NCBI GenBank assembly: GCA_964057225.1
Contig: OZ059898.1
Span: 21,018,001 to 21,082,000 of the forward strand
Length of the DNA: 64,000 nt
Reading direction: 5' to 3'
Source of the DNA: Auanema rhodensis
Taxonomy: Eukaryota > Animalia > Nematoda
A model generated the notes under the pieces. The model was given only the letters and a program-made list of their open reading frames with translations, was not told where the DNA came from and made no database searches. Positions 42,440 through 57,200 of this stretch are shown here, in pieces; within the stretch, counting starts at the first letter, position 1; the number at the start of each line of letters is the position of its first letter. A program made the translations under genes and the position numbers.

Positions 42440-45400
42440 AAAATTAGATTCCCCATGTCCATATTAGTCTAAAAACAAATTTTTATTGATATTGGTTCAT
42501 GGTAACCATGACTTTGAAATTTACGTGAACTTTAATTTATGCTAATTAAATGTACACGTGATGTGCACTTGGTATGTAACTCGCTTCACGTGAAAGATAA
42601 AGAGATGCGGTTTTCAAAATTAGATTCCCCATGTCCATATTAGTCTAAAAACAAATTTTTATTGATATTGGTGCATGGTAACCATGACTTTGAAATTTAC
42701 GTGAACTTTAATTTATGCTAATTAAATGTACACGTGATGTGCACTTGGTATGTAACTCGCTTCACGTGAAAGATAAAGAGATGCGGTTTTCAAAATTAGA
42801 TTCCCCATGTCCATATTAGTCTAAAAACAAATTTTTATTGATATTGGTTCATGGTAACCATGACTTTGAAATTTACGTGAACTTTAATTTATGCTAATTA
42901 AATGTACACGTGATGTGCACTTGGTATGTAACTCGCTTCACGTGAAAGATGAAGAGATGCGGTTTTCAAAATTAGATTCCCCATGTCCATATTAGTCTAA
43001 AAACAAATTTTTATTGATATTGGTGCATGGTAACCATGACTTTGAAATTTACGTGAACTTTAATTTATGCTAATTAAATGTACACGTGATGTGCACTTGG
43101 TATGTAACTCGCTTCACGTGAAAGATAAAGAGATGCGGTTTTCAAAATTAGATTCCCCATGTCCATATTAGTCTAAAAACAAATTTTTATTGATATTGGT
43201 TCATGGTAACCATGACTTTGAAATTTACGTGAACTTTAATTTATGCTAATTAAATGTACACGTGATGTGCACTTGGTATGTAACTCGCTTCACGTGAAAG
43301 ATAAAGAGATGCGGTTTTCAAAATTAGATTCCCCATGTCCATATTAGTCTAAAAACAAATTTTTATTGATATTGGTGCATGGTAACCATGACTTTGAAAT
43401 TTACGTGAACTTTAATTTATGCTAATTAAATGTACACGTGATGTGCACTTGGTATGTAACTCGCTTCACGTGAAAAATAAAGAGATGCGGTTTTCAAAAT
43501 TAGATTCCCCATGTCCATATTAGTCTAAAAACAAATTTTTATTGATATTGGTGCATGGTAACCATGACTTTGAAATTTACGTGAACTTTAATTTATGCTA
43601 ATTAAATGTACACGTGATGTGCACTTGGTATGTAACTCGCTTCACGTGAAAGATAAAGAGATGCGGTTTTCAAAATTAGATTCCCCATGTCCATATTAGT
43701 CTAAAAACAAATTTTTATTGATATTGGTGCATGGTAACCATGACTTTGAAATTTACGTGAACTTTAATTTATGCTAATTAAATGTACACGTGATGTGCAC
43801 TTGGTATGTAACTCGCTTCACGTGAAAGATAAAAAGATGCGGTTTTCAAAATTAGATTCCCCATGTCCATATTAGTCTAAAAACAAATTTTTATTGATAT
43901 TGGTTCATGGTAACCATGACTTTGAAATTTACGTGAACTTTAATTTATGCTAATTAAATGTATACGTGATGTGCACTTGGTATGTAACTCGCTTCACGTG
44001 AAAGATAAAGAGATGCGGTTTTCAAAATTAGATTCCCCATGTCCATATTAGTCTAAAAACAAATTTTTATTGATATTGGTTCATGGTAACCATGACTTTG
44101 AAATTTACGTGAACTTTAATTTATGCTAATTAAATGTACACGTGATGTGCACTTGGTATGTAACTCGCTTCACGTAAAAGATAAAGAGATGCGGTTCTCA
44201 AAATTAGATTCCCCATGTCCATATTAGTCTAAAAACAAATTTTTATTGATATTGGTGCATGGTAACCATGACTTTGAAATTTACGTGAACTTTAATTTAT
44301 GCTAATTAAATGTACACGTGATGTGCACTTGGTATGTAACTCGCTTCACGTGAAAGATAAAGAGATGCGATTTTCAAAATTAGATTCCCCATGTCCATAT
44401 TAGTCTAAAAACAAATTTTTATTGATATTGGTTCATGGTAACCATGACTTTGAAATTTACGTGAACTTTAATTTATGCTAATTAAATGTACACGTGATGT
44501 GCACTTGGTATGTAACTCGCTTCACGTGAAAGATAAAGAGATGCGGTTTTCAAAATTAGATTCCCCATGTCCATATTAGTCTAAAAACAAATTTTTATTG
44601 ATATTGGTGCATGGTAACCATGACTTTGAAATTTACGTGAACTTTAATTTATGCTAATTAAATGTACACGTGATGTGCACTTGGTATGTAACTCGCTTCA
44701 CGTGAAAGATAAAGAGATGCGGTTTTCAAAATTAGATTCCCCATGTCCATATTAGTCTAAAAACAAATTTTTATTGATATTGGTTCATGGTAACCATGAC
44801 TTTGAAATTTACGTGAACTTTAATTTATGCTAATTAAATGTACACGTGATGTGCACTTGGTATGTAACTCGCTTCACGTGAAAGATGAAGAGATGCGGTT
44901 TTCAAAATTAGATTCCCCATGTCCATATTAGTCTAAAAACAAATTTTTATTGATATTGGTGCATGGTAACCATGACTTTGAAATTTACGTGAACTTTAAT
45001 TTATGCTAATTAAATGTACACGTGATGTGCACTTGGTATGTAACTCGCTTCACGTGAAAGATAAAGAGATGCGGTTTTCAAAATTAGATTCCCCATGTCC
45101 ATATTAGTCTAAAAACAAATTTTTATTGATATTGGTTCATGGTAACCATGACTTTGAAATTTACGTGAACTTTAATTTATGCTAATTAAATGTACACGTG
45201 ATGTGCACTTGGTATGTAACTCGCTTCACGTGAAAGATAAAGAGATGCGGTTTTCAAAATTAGATTCCCCATGTCCATATTAGTCTAAAAACAAATTTTT
45301 ATTGATATTGGTGCATGGTAACCATGACTTTGAAATTTACGTGAACTTTAATTTATGCTAATTAAATGTACACGTGATGTGCACTTGGTATGTAACTCGC

Positions 45401-46310
45401 TTCACGTGAAAAATAAAGAGATGCGGTTTTCAAAATTAGATTCCCCATGTCCATATTAGTCTAAAAACAAATTTTTATTGATATTGGTGCATGGTAACCA
45501 TGACTTTGAAATTTACGTGAACTTTAATTTATGCTAATTAAATGTACACGTGATGTGCACTTGGTATGTAACTCGCTTCACGTGAAAGATAAAGAGATGC
45601 GGTTTTCAAAATTAGATTCCCCATGTCCATATTAGTCTAAAAACAAATTTTTATTGATATTGGTGCATGGTAACCATGACTTTGAAATTTACGTGAACTT
45701 TAATTTATGCTAATTAAATGTACACGTGATGTGCACTTGGTATGTAACTCGCTTCACGTGAAAGATAAAAAGATGCGGTTTTCAAAATTAGATTCCCCAT
45801 GTCCATATTAGTCTAAAAACAAATTTTTATTGATATTGGTTCATGGTAACCATGACTTTGAAATTTACGTGAACTTTAATTTATGCTAATTAAATGTATA
45901 CGTGATGTGCACTTGGTATGTAACTCGCTTCACGTGAAAGATAAAGAGATGCGGTTTTCAAAATTAGATTCCCCATGTCCATATTAGTCTAAAAACAAAT
46001 TTTTATTGATATTGGTTCATGGTAACCATGACTTTGAAATTTACGTGAACTTTAATTTATGCTAATTAAATGTACACGTGATGTGCACTTGGTATGTAAC
46101 TCGCTTCACGTAAAAGATAAAGAGATGCGGTTCTCAAAATTAGATTCCCCATGTCCATATTAGTCTAAAAACAAATTTTTATTGATATTGGTGCATGGTA
46201 ACCATGACTTTGAAATTTACGTGAACTTTAATTTATGCTAATTAAATGTACACGTGATGTGCACTTGGTATGTAACTCGCTTCACGTGAAAGATAAAGAG
46301 ATGCGATTTT
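42440..46310. repeat. Tandem duplication of an 11-monomer block (1936 bp)
   Basis: G9A at 43476/45412, G5A at 44176/46112 and G23A at 44370/46306. Boundaries are approximate. Confidence 0.8.
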
Positions 46311-49300
46311 CAAAATTAGATTCCCCATGTCCATATTAGTTTAAAAACAAATTTTTATTGATATTGGTGCATGGTAACCATGACTTTGAAATTTACGTGA
46401 ACTTTAATTTATGCTAATTAAATGTACACGTGATGTGCACTTGGTATGTAACTCGCTTCACGTGAAAGATAAAAAGATGCGGTTTTCAAAATTAGATTCC
46501 CCATGTCCATATTAGTCTAAAAACAAATTTTTATTGATATTGGTGCATGGTAACCATGACTTTGAAATTTACGTGAACTTTAATTTATGCTAATTAAATG
46601 TACACGTGATGTGCACTTGGTATGTAACTCGCTTCACGTGTAAGATGAAGAGATGCGGTTTTCAAAATTAGATTCCCCATGTCCATATTAGTCTAAAAAC
46701 AAATTTTTATTGATATTGGTTCATGGTAACCATGACTTTGAAATTTACGTGAACTTTAATTTATGCTAATTAAATGTACACGTGATGTGCACTTGGTATG
46801 TAACTCGCTTCACGTGAAAGATAAAGAGATGCGGTTTTCAAAATTAGATTCCCCATGTCCATATTAGTCTAAAAACAAATTTTTATTGATATTAGTTCAT
46901 GGTAACCATGACTTTGAAATTTACGTGAACTTTAAATTATGCTAATTAAATGTACACGTGATGTGCACTTGGTATGTAACTCGCTTCACGTGAAAGATAA
47001 AGAGATGCGGTTTTCAAAATTAGATTCCCCATGTCCGTATTAGTCTAAAAACAAATTTTTATTGATATTGGTGCATGGTAACCATGACTTTGAAATTTAC
47101 GTGAACTTTAATTTATGCTAATTAAATGTACACGTGATGTGCACTTGGTATGTAACTCGCTTCACGTGAAAGATGAAGAGATGCGGTTTTCAAAATTAGA
47201 TTCCCCATGTCCATATTAGTCTAAAAACAAATTTTTATTGATATTGGTTCATGGTAACCATGACTTTGAAATTTACGTGAACTTTAATTTATGCTAATTA
47301 AATGTATACGTGATGTGCACTTGGTATGTAACTCGCTTCACGTGAAAGATAAAGAGATGCGGTTTTCAAAATTAGATTCCCCATGTCCATATTAGTCTAA
47401 AAACAAATTTTTATTGATATTGGTGCATGGTAACCATGACTTTGAAATTTACGTGAACTTTAATTTATGCTAATTAAATGTACACGTGATGTGCACTTGG
47501 TATGTAACTCGCTTCACGTGAAAGATAAAAAGATGCGGTTTTCAAAATTAGATTCCCCATGTCCATATTAGTCTAAAAACAAATTTTTATTGATATTAGT
47601 TCATGGTAACCATGACTTTGAAATTTACGTGAACTTTAAATTATGCTAATTAAATGTACACGTGATGTGCACTTGGTATGTAACTCGCTTCACGTGAAAG
47701 ATAAAGAGATGCGGTTTTCAAAATTAGATTCCCCATGTCCATATTAGTCTAAAAACAAATTTTTATTGATATTGGTGCATGGTAACCATGACTTTGAAAT
47801 TTACGTGAACTTTAATTTATGCTAATTAAATGTACACGTGATGTGCACTTGGTATGTAACTCGCTTCACGTGAAAGATGAAGAGATGCGGTTTTCAAAAT
47901 TAGATTCCCCATGTCCATATTAGTCTAAAAACAAATTTTTATTGATATTGGTTCATGGTAACCATGACTTTGAAATTTACGTGAACTTTAATTTATGCTA
48001 ATTAAATGTACGCGTGATGTGCACTTGGTATGTAACTCGCTTCACGTGAAAGATAAAGAGATGCGGTTTTCAAAATTAGATTCCCCATGTCCATATTAGT
48101 CTAAAAACAAATTTTTATTGATATTGGTTCATGGTAACCATGACTTTGAAATTTACGTGAACTTTAATTTATGCTAATTAAATGTACACGTGATGTGCAC
48201 TTGGTATGTAACTCGCTTCACGTGAAAGATAAAAAGATGCGGTTTTCAAAATTAGATTCCCCATGTCCATATTAGTCTAAAAACAAATTTTTATTGATAT
48301 TGGTTCATGGTAACCATGACTTTGAAATTTACGTGAACTTTAATTTATGCTAATTAAATGTATACGTGATGTGCACTTGGTATGTAACTCGCTTCACGTG
48401 AAAGATAAAGAGATGCGGTTTTCAAAATTAGATTCCCCATGTCCATATTAGTCTAAAAACAAATTTTTATTGATATTGGTTCATGGTAACCATGACTTTG
48501 AAATTTACGTGAACTTTAAATTATGCTAATTAAATGTACACGTGATGTGCACTTGGTATGTAACTCGCTTCACGTGAAAGATAAAGAGATGCGGTTTTCA
48601 AAATTAGATTCCCCATGTCCATATTAGTCTAAAAACAAATTTTTATTGATATTGGTGCATGGTAACCATGACTTTGAAATTTACGTGAACTTTAATTTAT
48701 GCTAATTAAATGTACACGTGATGTGCACTTGGTATGTAACTCGCTTCACGTGAAAGATGAAGAGATGCGGTTTTCAAAATTAGATTCCCCATGTCCATAT
48801 TAGTCTAAAAACAAATTTTTATTGATATTGGTGCATGGTAACCATGACTTTGAAATTTACGTGAACTTTAATTTATGCTAATTAAATGTACACGTGATGT
48901 GCACTTGGTATGTAACTCGCTTCACGTGAAAGATAAAGAGATGCGGTTTTCAAAATTAGATTCCCCATGTCCATATTAGTCTAAAAACAAATTTTTATTG
49001 ATATTGGTTCATGGTAACCATGACTTTGAAATTTACGTGAACTTTAATTTATGCTAATTAAATGTACACGTGATGTGCACTTGGTATGTAACTCGCTTCA
49101 CGTGAAAGATAAAGAGATGCGGTTTTCAAAATTAGATTCCCCATGTCCATATTAGTCTAAAAACAAATTTTTATTGATATTGGTGCATGGTAACCATGAC
49201 TTTGAAATTTACGTGAACTTTAATTTATGCTAATTAAATGTACACGTGATGTGCACTTGGTATGTAACTCGCTTCACGTGAAAGATAAAAAGATGCGGTT

Positions 49301-51211
49301 TTCAAAATTAGATTCCCCATGTCCATATTAGTCTAAAAACAAATTTTTATTGATATTGGTTCATGGTAACCATGACTTTGAAATTTACGTGAACTTTAAT
49401 TTATGCTAATTAAATGTATACGTGATGTGCACTTGGTATGTAACTCGCTTCACGTGAAAGATAAAGAGATGCGGTTTTCAAAATTAGATTCCCCATGTCC
49501 ATATTAGTCTAAAAACAAATTTTTATTGATATTGGTTCATGGTAACCATGACTTTGAAATTTACGTGAACTTTAATTTATGCTAATTAAATGTACACGTG
49601 ATGTGCACTTGGTATGTAACTCGCTTCACGTAAAAGATAAAGAGATGCGGTTCTCAAAATTAGATTCCCCATGTCCATATTAGTCTAAAAACAAATTTTT
49701 ATTGATATTGGTGCATGGTAACCATGACTTTGAAATTTACGTGAACTTTAATTTATGCTAATTAAATGTACACGTGATGTGCACTTGGTATGTAACTCGC
49801 TTCACGTGAAAGATAAAGAGATGCGATTTTCAAAATTAGATTCCCCATGTCCATATTAGTTTAAAAACAAATTTTTATTGATATTGGTGCATGGTAACCA
49901 TGACTTTGAAATTTACGTGAACTTTAATTTATGCTAATTAAATGTACACGTGATGTGCACTTGGTATGTAACTCGCTTCACGTGAAAGATAAAAAGATGC
50001 GGTTTTCAAAATTAGATTCCCCATGTCCATATTAGTCTAAAAACAAATTTTTATTGATATTGGTGCATGGTAACCATGACTTTGAAATTTACGTGAACTT
50101 TAATTTATGCTAATTAAATGTACACGTGATGTGCACTTGGTATGTAACTCGCTTCACGTGTAAGATGAAGAGATGCGGTTTTCAAAATTAGATTCCCCAT
50201 GTCCATATTAGTCTAAAAACAAATTTTTATTGATATTGGTTCATGGTAACCATGACTTTGAAATTTACGTGAACTTTAATTTATGCTAATTAAATGTACA
50301 CGTGATGTGCACTTGGTATGTAACTCGCTTCACGTGAAAGATAAAGAGATGCGGTTTTCAAAATTAGATTCCCCATGTCCATATTAGTCTAAAAACAAAT
50401 TTTTATTGATATTAGTTCATGGTAACCATGACTTTGAAATTTACGTGAACTTTAAATTATGCTAATTAAATGTACACGTGATGTGCACTTGGTATGTAAC
50501 TCGCTTCACGTGAAAGATAAAGAGATGCGGTTTTCAAAATTAGATTCCCCATGTCCATATTAGTCTAAAAACAAATTTTTATTGATATTGGTGCATGGTA
50601 ACCATGACTTTGAAATTTACGTGAACTTTAATTTATGCTAATTAAATGTACACGTGATGTGCACTTGGTATGTAACTCGCTTCACGTGAAAGATGAAGAG
50701 ATGCGGTTTTCAAAATTAGATTCCCCATGTCCATATTAGTCTAAAAACAAATTTTTATTGATATTGGTGCATGGTAACCATGACTTTGAAATTTACGTGA
50801 ACTTTAATTTATGCTAATTAAATGTACACGTGATGTGCACTTGGTATGTAACTCGCTTCACGTGAAAGTAAAAGAGATGCGGTTTTCAAAATTAGATTCC
50901 CCATGTCCATATTAGTCTAAAAACAAATTTTTATTGATATTGGTTCATGGTAACCATGACTTTGAAATTTACGTGAACTTTAATTTTTGCTAATTAAATG
51001 TACACGTGATGTGCACTTGGTATGTAACTCGCTTCACGTGAAAGATAAAGAGATGCGGTTTTCAAAGTTAGATTCCCCATGACCATATTAGTCTAAAAAC
51101 AAATTTTTATTGATATTGGTGCATGGTAACCATGACTTTGAAATTTACGTGAACTTTAATTTATGCTAATTAAATGTACACGTGATGTGCACTTGGTATG
51201 TAACTCGCTTC

Positions 51212-54200
51212 ACGTGAAAGATAAAGAGATGCGGTTTTCAAATTTGATTCCCCATGTCCATATTAGTCTAAAAACAAATTTTCATTGATATTGGTTCATG
51301 GTAACCATGACTTTGAAATTTACGTGAACTTTAATTTATGCTAATTAAATGTACACGTGATGTGCACTTGGTATGTAACTCGCTTCACGTGAAAGATAAA
51401 GAGATGCGGTTTTCAAAATTAGATTCCCCATGTCCATATTAGTCTAAAAACAAATTTTTATTGATATTGGTTCATGGTAACCATGACTTTGAAATTTACG
51501 TGAACTTTAATTTATGCTAATTAAAAGTACACGTGATGTGCACTTGGTATGTAACTCGCTTCACGTGAAAGATAAAGAGATACGGTTTTCAAAATTAGAT
51601 TCCCCATGTCCATATTAGTCTAAAAACAAATTTTCATTGATATTGGTTCATGGTAACCATGACTTTGAAATTTACGTGAACTTTAATTTTTGCTAATTAA
51701 ATGTACACGTGATGTGCACTTGGTATGTAACTCGCTTCACGTGAAAGATAAAGAGATGCGGTTTTCAAAGTTAGATTCCCCATGTCCATATTAGTCTAAA
51801 AACAAATTTTTATTGATATTGGTGCATGGTAACCATGACTTTGAAATTTACGTGAACTTTAATTTATGCTAATTAAATGTACACGTGATGTGCACTTGGT
51901 ATGTAACTCGCTTCACGTGAAAGATAAAGAGATGCGGTTTTCAAATTTGATTCCCCATGTCCATATTAGTCTAAAAACAAATTTTCATTGATATTGGTTC
52001 ATGGTAACCATGACTTTGAAATTTACGTGAACTTTAATTTATGCTAATTAAATGTACACGTGATGTGCACTTGGTATGTAACTCGCTTCACGTGAAAGAT
52101 AAAGAGATGCGGTTTTCAAAATTAGATTCATCATGTCCATATTAGTCTAAAAACAAATTTTTATTGATATTGGTGCATGGTAACCATGACTTTGAAATTT
52201 ACGTGAACTTTAATTTATGCTTATTAAATGTACACGTGATGTGCACTTGGTATGTAACTCGCTTCACGTGAAAGATAAAGAGATGCGGTTTTCAAAATTA
52301 GATTCCCCATGTCCATATTAGTCTAAAAACAAATTTTTATTGATATTGGTTCATGGTAACCATGACTTTGAAATTTACGTGAACTTTAATTTATGCTAAT
52401 TAAAAGTACACGTGATGTGCACTTGGTATGTAACTCGCTTCACGTGAAAGATAAAGAGATACGGTTTTCAAAATTAGATTCCCCATGTCCATATTAGTCT
52501 AAAAACAAATTTTCATTGATATTGGTTCATGGTAACCATGACTTTGAAATTTACGTGAACTTTAATTTATGCTAATTAAATGTACACGTGATGTGCACTT
52601 GGTATGTAACTCGCTTCACGTGAAAGATAAAGAGATGCGGTTTTCAAAATTAGATTCCCCATGTCCATATTAGTCTAAAAACAAATTTTTATTGATATTG
52701 GTGCATGGTAACCATGACTTTGAAATTTACGTGAACTTTGATTTATGCTAATTAAATGTACATGTGATGTGCACTTGGTATGTAACTCGCTTCACGTGAA
52801 AGATAAAGAGATGCGGTTTTCAAAGTTAGATTCCCCATGTCCATATTAGTCTAAAAACAAATTTTTATTGATATTGGTGCATGGTAACCATGACTTTGAA
52901 ATTTACGTGAACTTTAATTTATGCTAATTAAATGTACACGTGATGTGCACTTGGTATGTAACTCGCTTCACGTGAAAGATAAAGAGATGCGGTTTTCAAA
53001 TTTGATTCCCCATGTCCATATTAGTCTAAAAACAAATTTTCATTGATATTGGTTCATGGTAACCATGACTTTGAAATTTACGTGAACTTTAATTTATGCT
53101 AATTAAATGTACACGTGATGTGCACTTGGTATGTAACTCGCTTCACGTGAAAGATAAAGAGATGCGGTTTTCAAAATTAGATTCATCATGTCCATATTAG
53201 TCTAAAAACAAATTTTTATTGATATTGGTGCATGGTAACCATGACTTTGAAATTTACGTGAACTTTAATTTATGCTTATTAAATGTACACGTGATGTGCA
53301 CTTGGTATGTAACTCGCTTCACGTGAAAGATAAAGAGATGCGGTTTTCAAAATTAGATTCCCCATGTCCATATTAGTCTAAAAACAAATTTTTATTGATA
53401 TTGGTTCATGGTAACCATGACTTTGAAATTTACGTGAACTTTAATTTATGCTAATTAAAAGTACACGTGATGTGCACTTGGTATGTAACTCGCTTCACGT
53501 GAAAGATAAAGAGATACGGTTTTCAAAATTAGATTCCCCATGTCCATATTAGTCTAAAAACAAATTTTCATTGATATTGGTTCATGGTAACCATGACTTT
53601 GAAATTTACGTGAACTTTAATTTATGCTAATTAAATGTACACGTGATGTGCACTTGGTATGTAACTCGCTTCACGTGAAAGATAAAGAGATGCGGTTTTC
53701 AAAATTAGATTCCCCATGTCCATATTAGTCTAAAAACAAATTTTTATTGATATTGGTGCATGGTAACCATGACTTTGAAATTTACGTGAACTTTGATTTA
53801 TGCTAATTAAATGTACATGTGATGTGCACTTGGTATGTAACTCGCTTCACGTGAAAGATAAAGAGATGAGGTTTTCAAAATAAGATTCCCCATGTCCATA
53901 TTAGTCTAAAAACAAATTTTTATTGATATTGGTGCATGGTAACCATGACTTTGAAATTTACGTGAACTTTAATTTATGCTAATTAAATGTACACGTGATG
54001 TGCACTTGGTATGTAACTTGCTTCACGTGAAAGATAAAGAGATGCGGTTTTCGAAATTAGATTCCCCATGTCCATATTAGTCTAAAAACAATTTTTTATT
54101 GATATTGGTGCATGGTAACCATGACTTTGAAATTTACGTGAACTTTAATTCATGCTAATTAAATGTACACGTGATGTGCACTTGGTATGTAACTCGCTTC

Positions 54201-57200
54201 ACGTGAAAGATAAAGAGATGCGGTTTTCAAAATTAGATTCCGCATGTCCATATTAGTCTAAAAACAAATTTTTATTGATATTGGTGCATGGTAACCATGA
54301 CTTTGAAATTTACGTGAACTTTAATTTATGCTAATTAAATGTACACGTGATGTGCACTTGGTATGTAACTCGCTTCACGTGAAAGATAAAGAGATGCGGT
54401 TTTCAAAATTAGATTCCTCTTGTCCATATTAGTCTAAAAACAAATTTTTATTGATATTGGTTCATGGTAACCATGACTTTGAAATTTACGTGAACTTTAA
54501 TTTATGCTAATTAAATGTACACGTGATGTGCACTTGGTATGTAACTCGCTTCACGTGAAAGATAAAGAGATGCTGTTTTCAAAATTAGATTCCTCATGTC
54601 CATATTAGTCTAAAAACAAATTTTTATTGATATTGGTTCATGGTAACCATGACTTTGAAATTTACGTGAACTTTGATTTATGCTAATTAAATGTACACGT
54701 GATGTGCACTTGGTATGTAACTCGCTTCACGTGAAAGATAAAGAGATGCGGTTTTCAAAATAAGATTCCCCATGTCCATATTAGTCTAAAAACAATTTTT
54801 TATTGATATTGGTGCATGGTAACCATGACTTTGAAATTTACGTGAACTTTAATTCATGCTAATTAAATGTACACGTGATGTGCACTTGGTATGTAACTCG
54901 CTTCACGTGAAAGATAAAGAGATGCGGTTTTCAAAATTTGATTCCCCATGTCCATATTAGTCTAAAAACAAATTTTCATTGATATTGGTTCATGGTAACC
55001 ATGACTTTGAAATTTACGTGAACTTTAATTTATGCTAATTAAATGTACACGTGATGTGCACTTGGTATGTAACTCGCTTCACGTGAAAGATAAAGAGATG
55101 CGGTTTCCAAAATTAGATTCATCATGTCCATATTAGTCTAAAAACAAATTTTTATTGATATTGGTTCATGGTAACCATGACTTTGAAATTTACGTGAACT
55201 TTAATTTATGCTAATTAATTGTACACGTGATGTGCACTTGGTATGTAACTCGCTTCACGTGAAAGATAAAGAGATGAGGTTTCCAAAATTAGATTCATCA
55301 TGTCCATATTAGTCTAAAAACAAATTTTTATTGATATTGGTTCATGGTAACCATGACTTTGAAATTTACGTGAACTTTAATTTATGCTAATTAATTGTAC
55401 ACGTGATGTGCACTTGGTATGGAACTCGCTTCACGTGAAAGATAAAGAGATGAGGTTTTCAAAATAAGATTCCCCATGTCCATATTAGTCTAAAAACAAA
55501 TTTTTATTGATATTGGTGCATGGTAACCATGACTTTGAAATTTACGTGAACTTTAATTTATGCTAATTAAATGTACACATGATGTGCACTTGGTATGTAA
55601 CTTGCTTCACGTGAAAGATAAAGAGATGCGGTTTTCGAAATTAGATTTCCCATGTCCATATTAGTCTAAAAACAATTTTTTATTGATAATGGTGCATGGT
55701 AACCATGACTTTGAAATTTACGTGAACTTTAATTCATGCTAATTAAATGTACACGTGATGTGCACTTGGTATGTAACTCGCTTCACGTGAAAGATAAAGA
55801 GATGCGGTTTTCAAAATTAGATTCCCCATGTCCATATTAGTCTAAAAACAAATTTTTATTGATATTGGTGCATGGTAACCATGACTTTGAAATTTACGTG
55901 AACTTTAATTTATGCTAATTAAATGTACACGTGATGTGCACTTGGTATGTAACTCGCTTCACGTGAAAGATAAAGAGATGCGGTTTTCAAAATTAGATTC
56001 CCCATGTCCATATTAGTCTAAAAACAATTTTTTATTGATATTGGTGCATGGTAACCATGACTTTGAAATTTACGTGAACTTTAATTTATGCTAATTAAAT
56101 GTACACGTGATGTGCACTTGGTATGTAACTCGCTTCACGTGAAAGATAAAGAGATGCGGTTTTCAAAATTAGATTCATCATGTCCATATTAGTCTAAAAA
56201 CAAATTTTTATTGATATTGGTGCATGGTAACCATGACTTTGAAATTTACGTGAACTTTAATTTATGCTAATTAAATGTACACGTGATGTGCACTTGGTAT
56301 GTAACTCGCTTCACGTGAAAGATAAAGAGATGCGGTTTTCAAAATTTGATTCCCCATGTCCATATTAGTCTGAAAACAAATTTTCATTGATATTGGTTCA
56401 TGGTAACCATGACTTTGAAATTTACGTGAACTTTAATTTATGCTAATTAAATGTACACGTGATGTGCACTTGGTATGTAACTCGCTTCACGTGAAAGATA
56501 AAGAGATGCGGTTTTCAAAATTAGATTCATCATGTCCATATTAGTCTAAAAACAAATTTTTATTGATATTGGTGCATGGTAACCATGACTTTGAAATTTA
56601 CGTGAACTTTAATTTATGCTTATTAAATGTACACGTGATGTGCAATTGGTATGTAACTCGCTTCACGTGAAAGATAAAGAGATGCGGTTTTCAAAAATAG
56701 ATTCCCCATGTACATATTAGTCTAAAAACAAATTTTTATTGATATTGGTTCATGGTAACCATGACTTTGAAATTAACGTGAACTTTAATTTATGCTAATT
56801 AAATGTACACGTGATGTGCACTTGGTATGTAACTCGCTTCACGTGAAAGATAAAGAGATACGGTTTTCAAAATTAGATTCCCCATGTCCATATTAGTCTA
56901 AAAACAAATTTTTATTGATATTGGTGCATGGTAACCATGACTTTGAAATTTACGTGAACTTTAATTTATGCTAATTAAATGTACACGTGATGTGCACTTG
57001 GTATGTAACTCGCTTCACGTGAAAGATAAAGAGATGCGGTTTTCAAATTTGATTCCCCATGTCCATATTAGTCTAAAAACAAATTTTCATTGATATTGGT
57101 TCATGGTAACCATGACTTTGAAATTTACGTGAACTTTAATTTATGCTAATTAAATGTACACGTGATGTGCACTTGGTATGTAACTCGCTTCACGTGAAAG

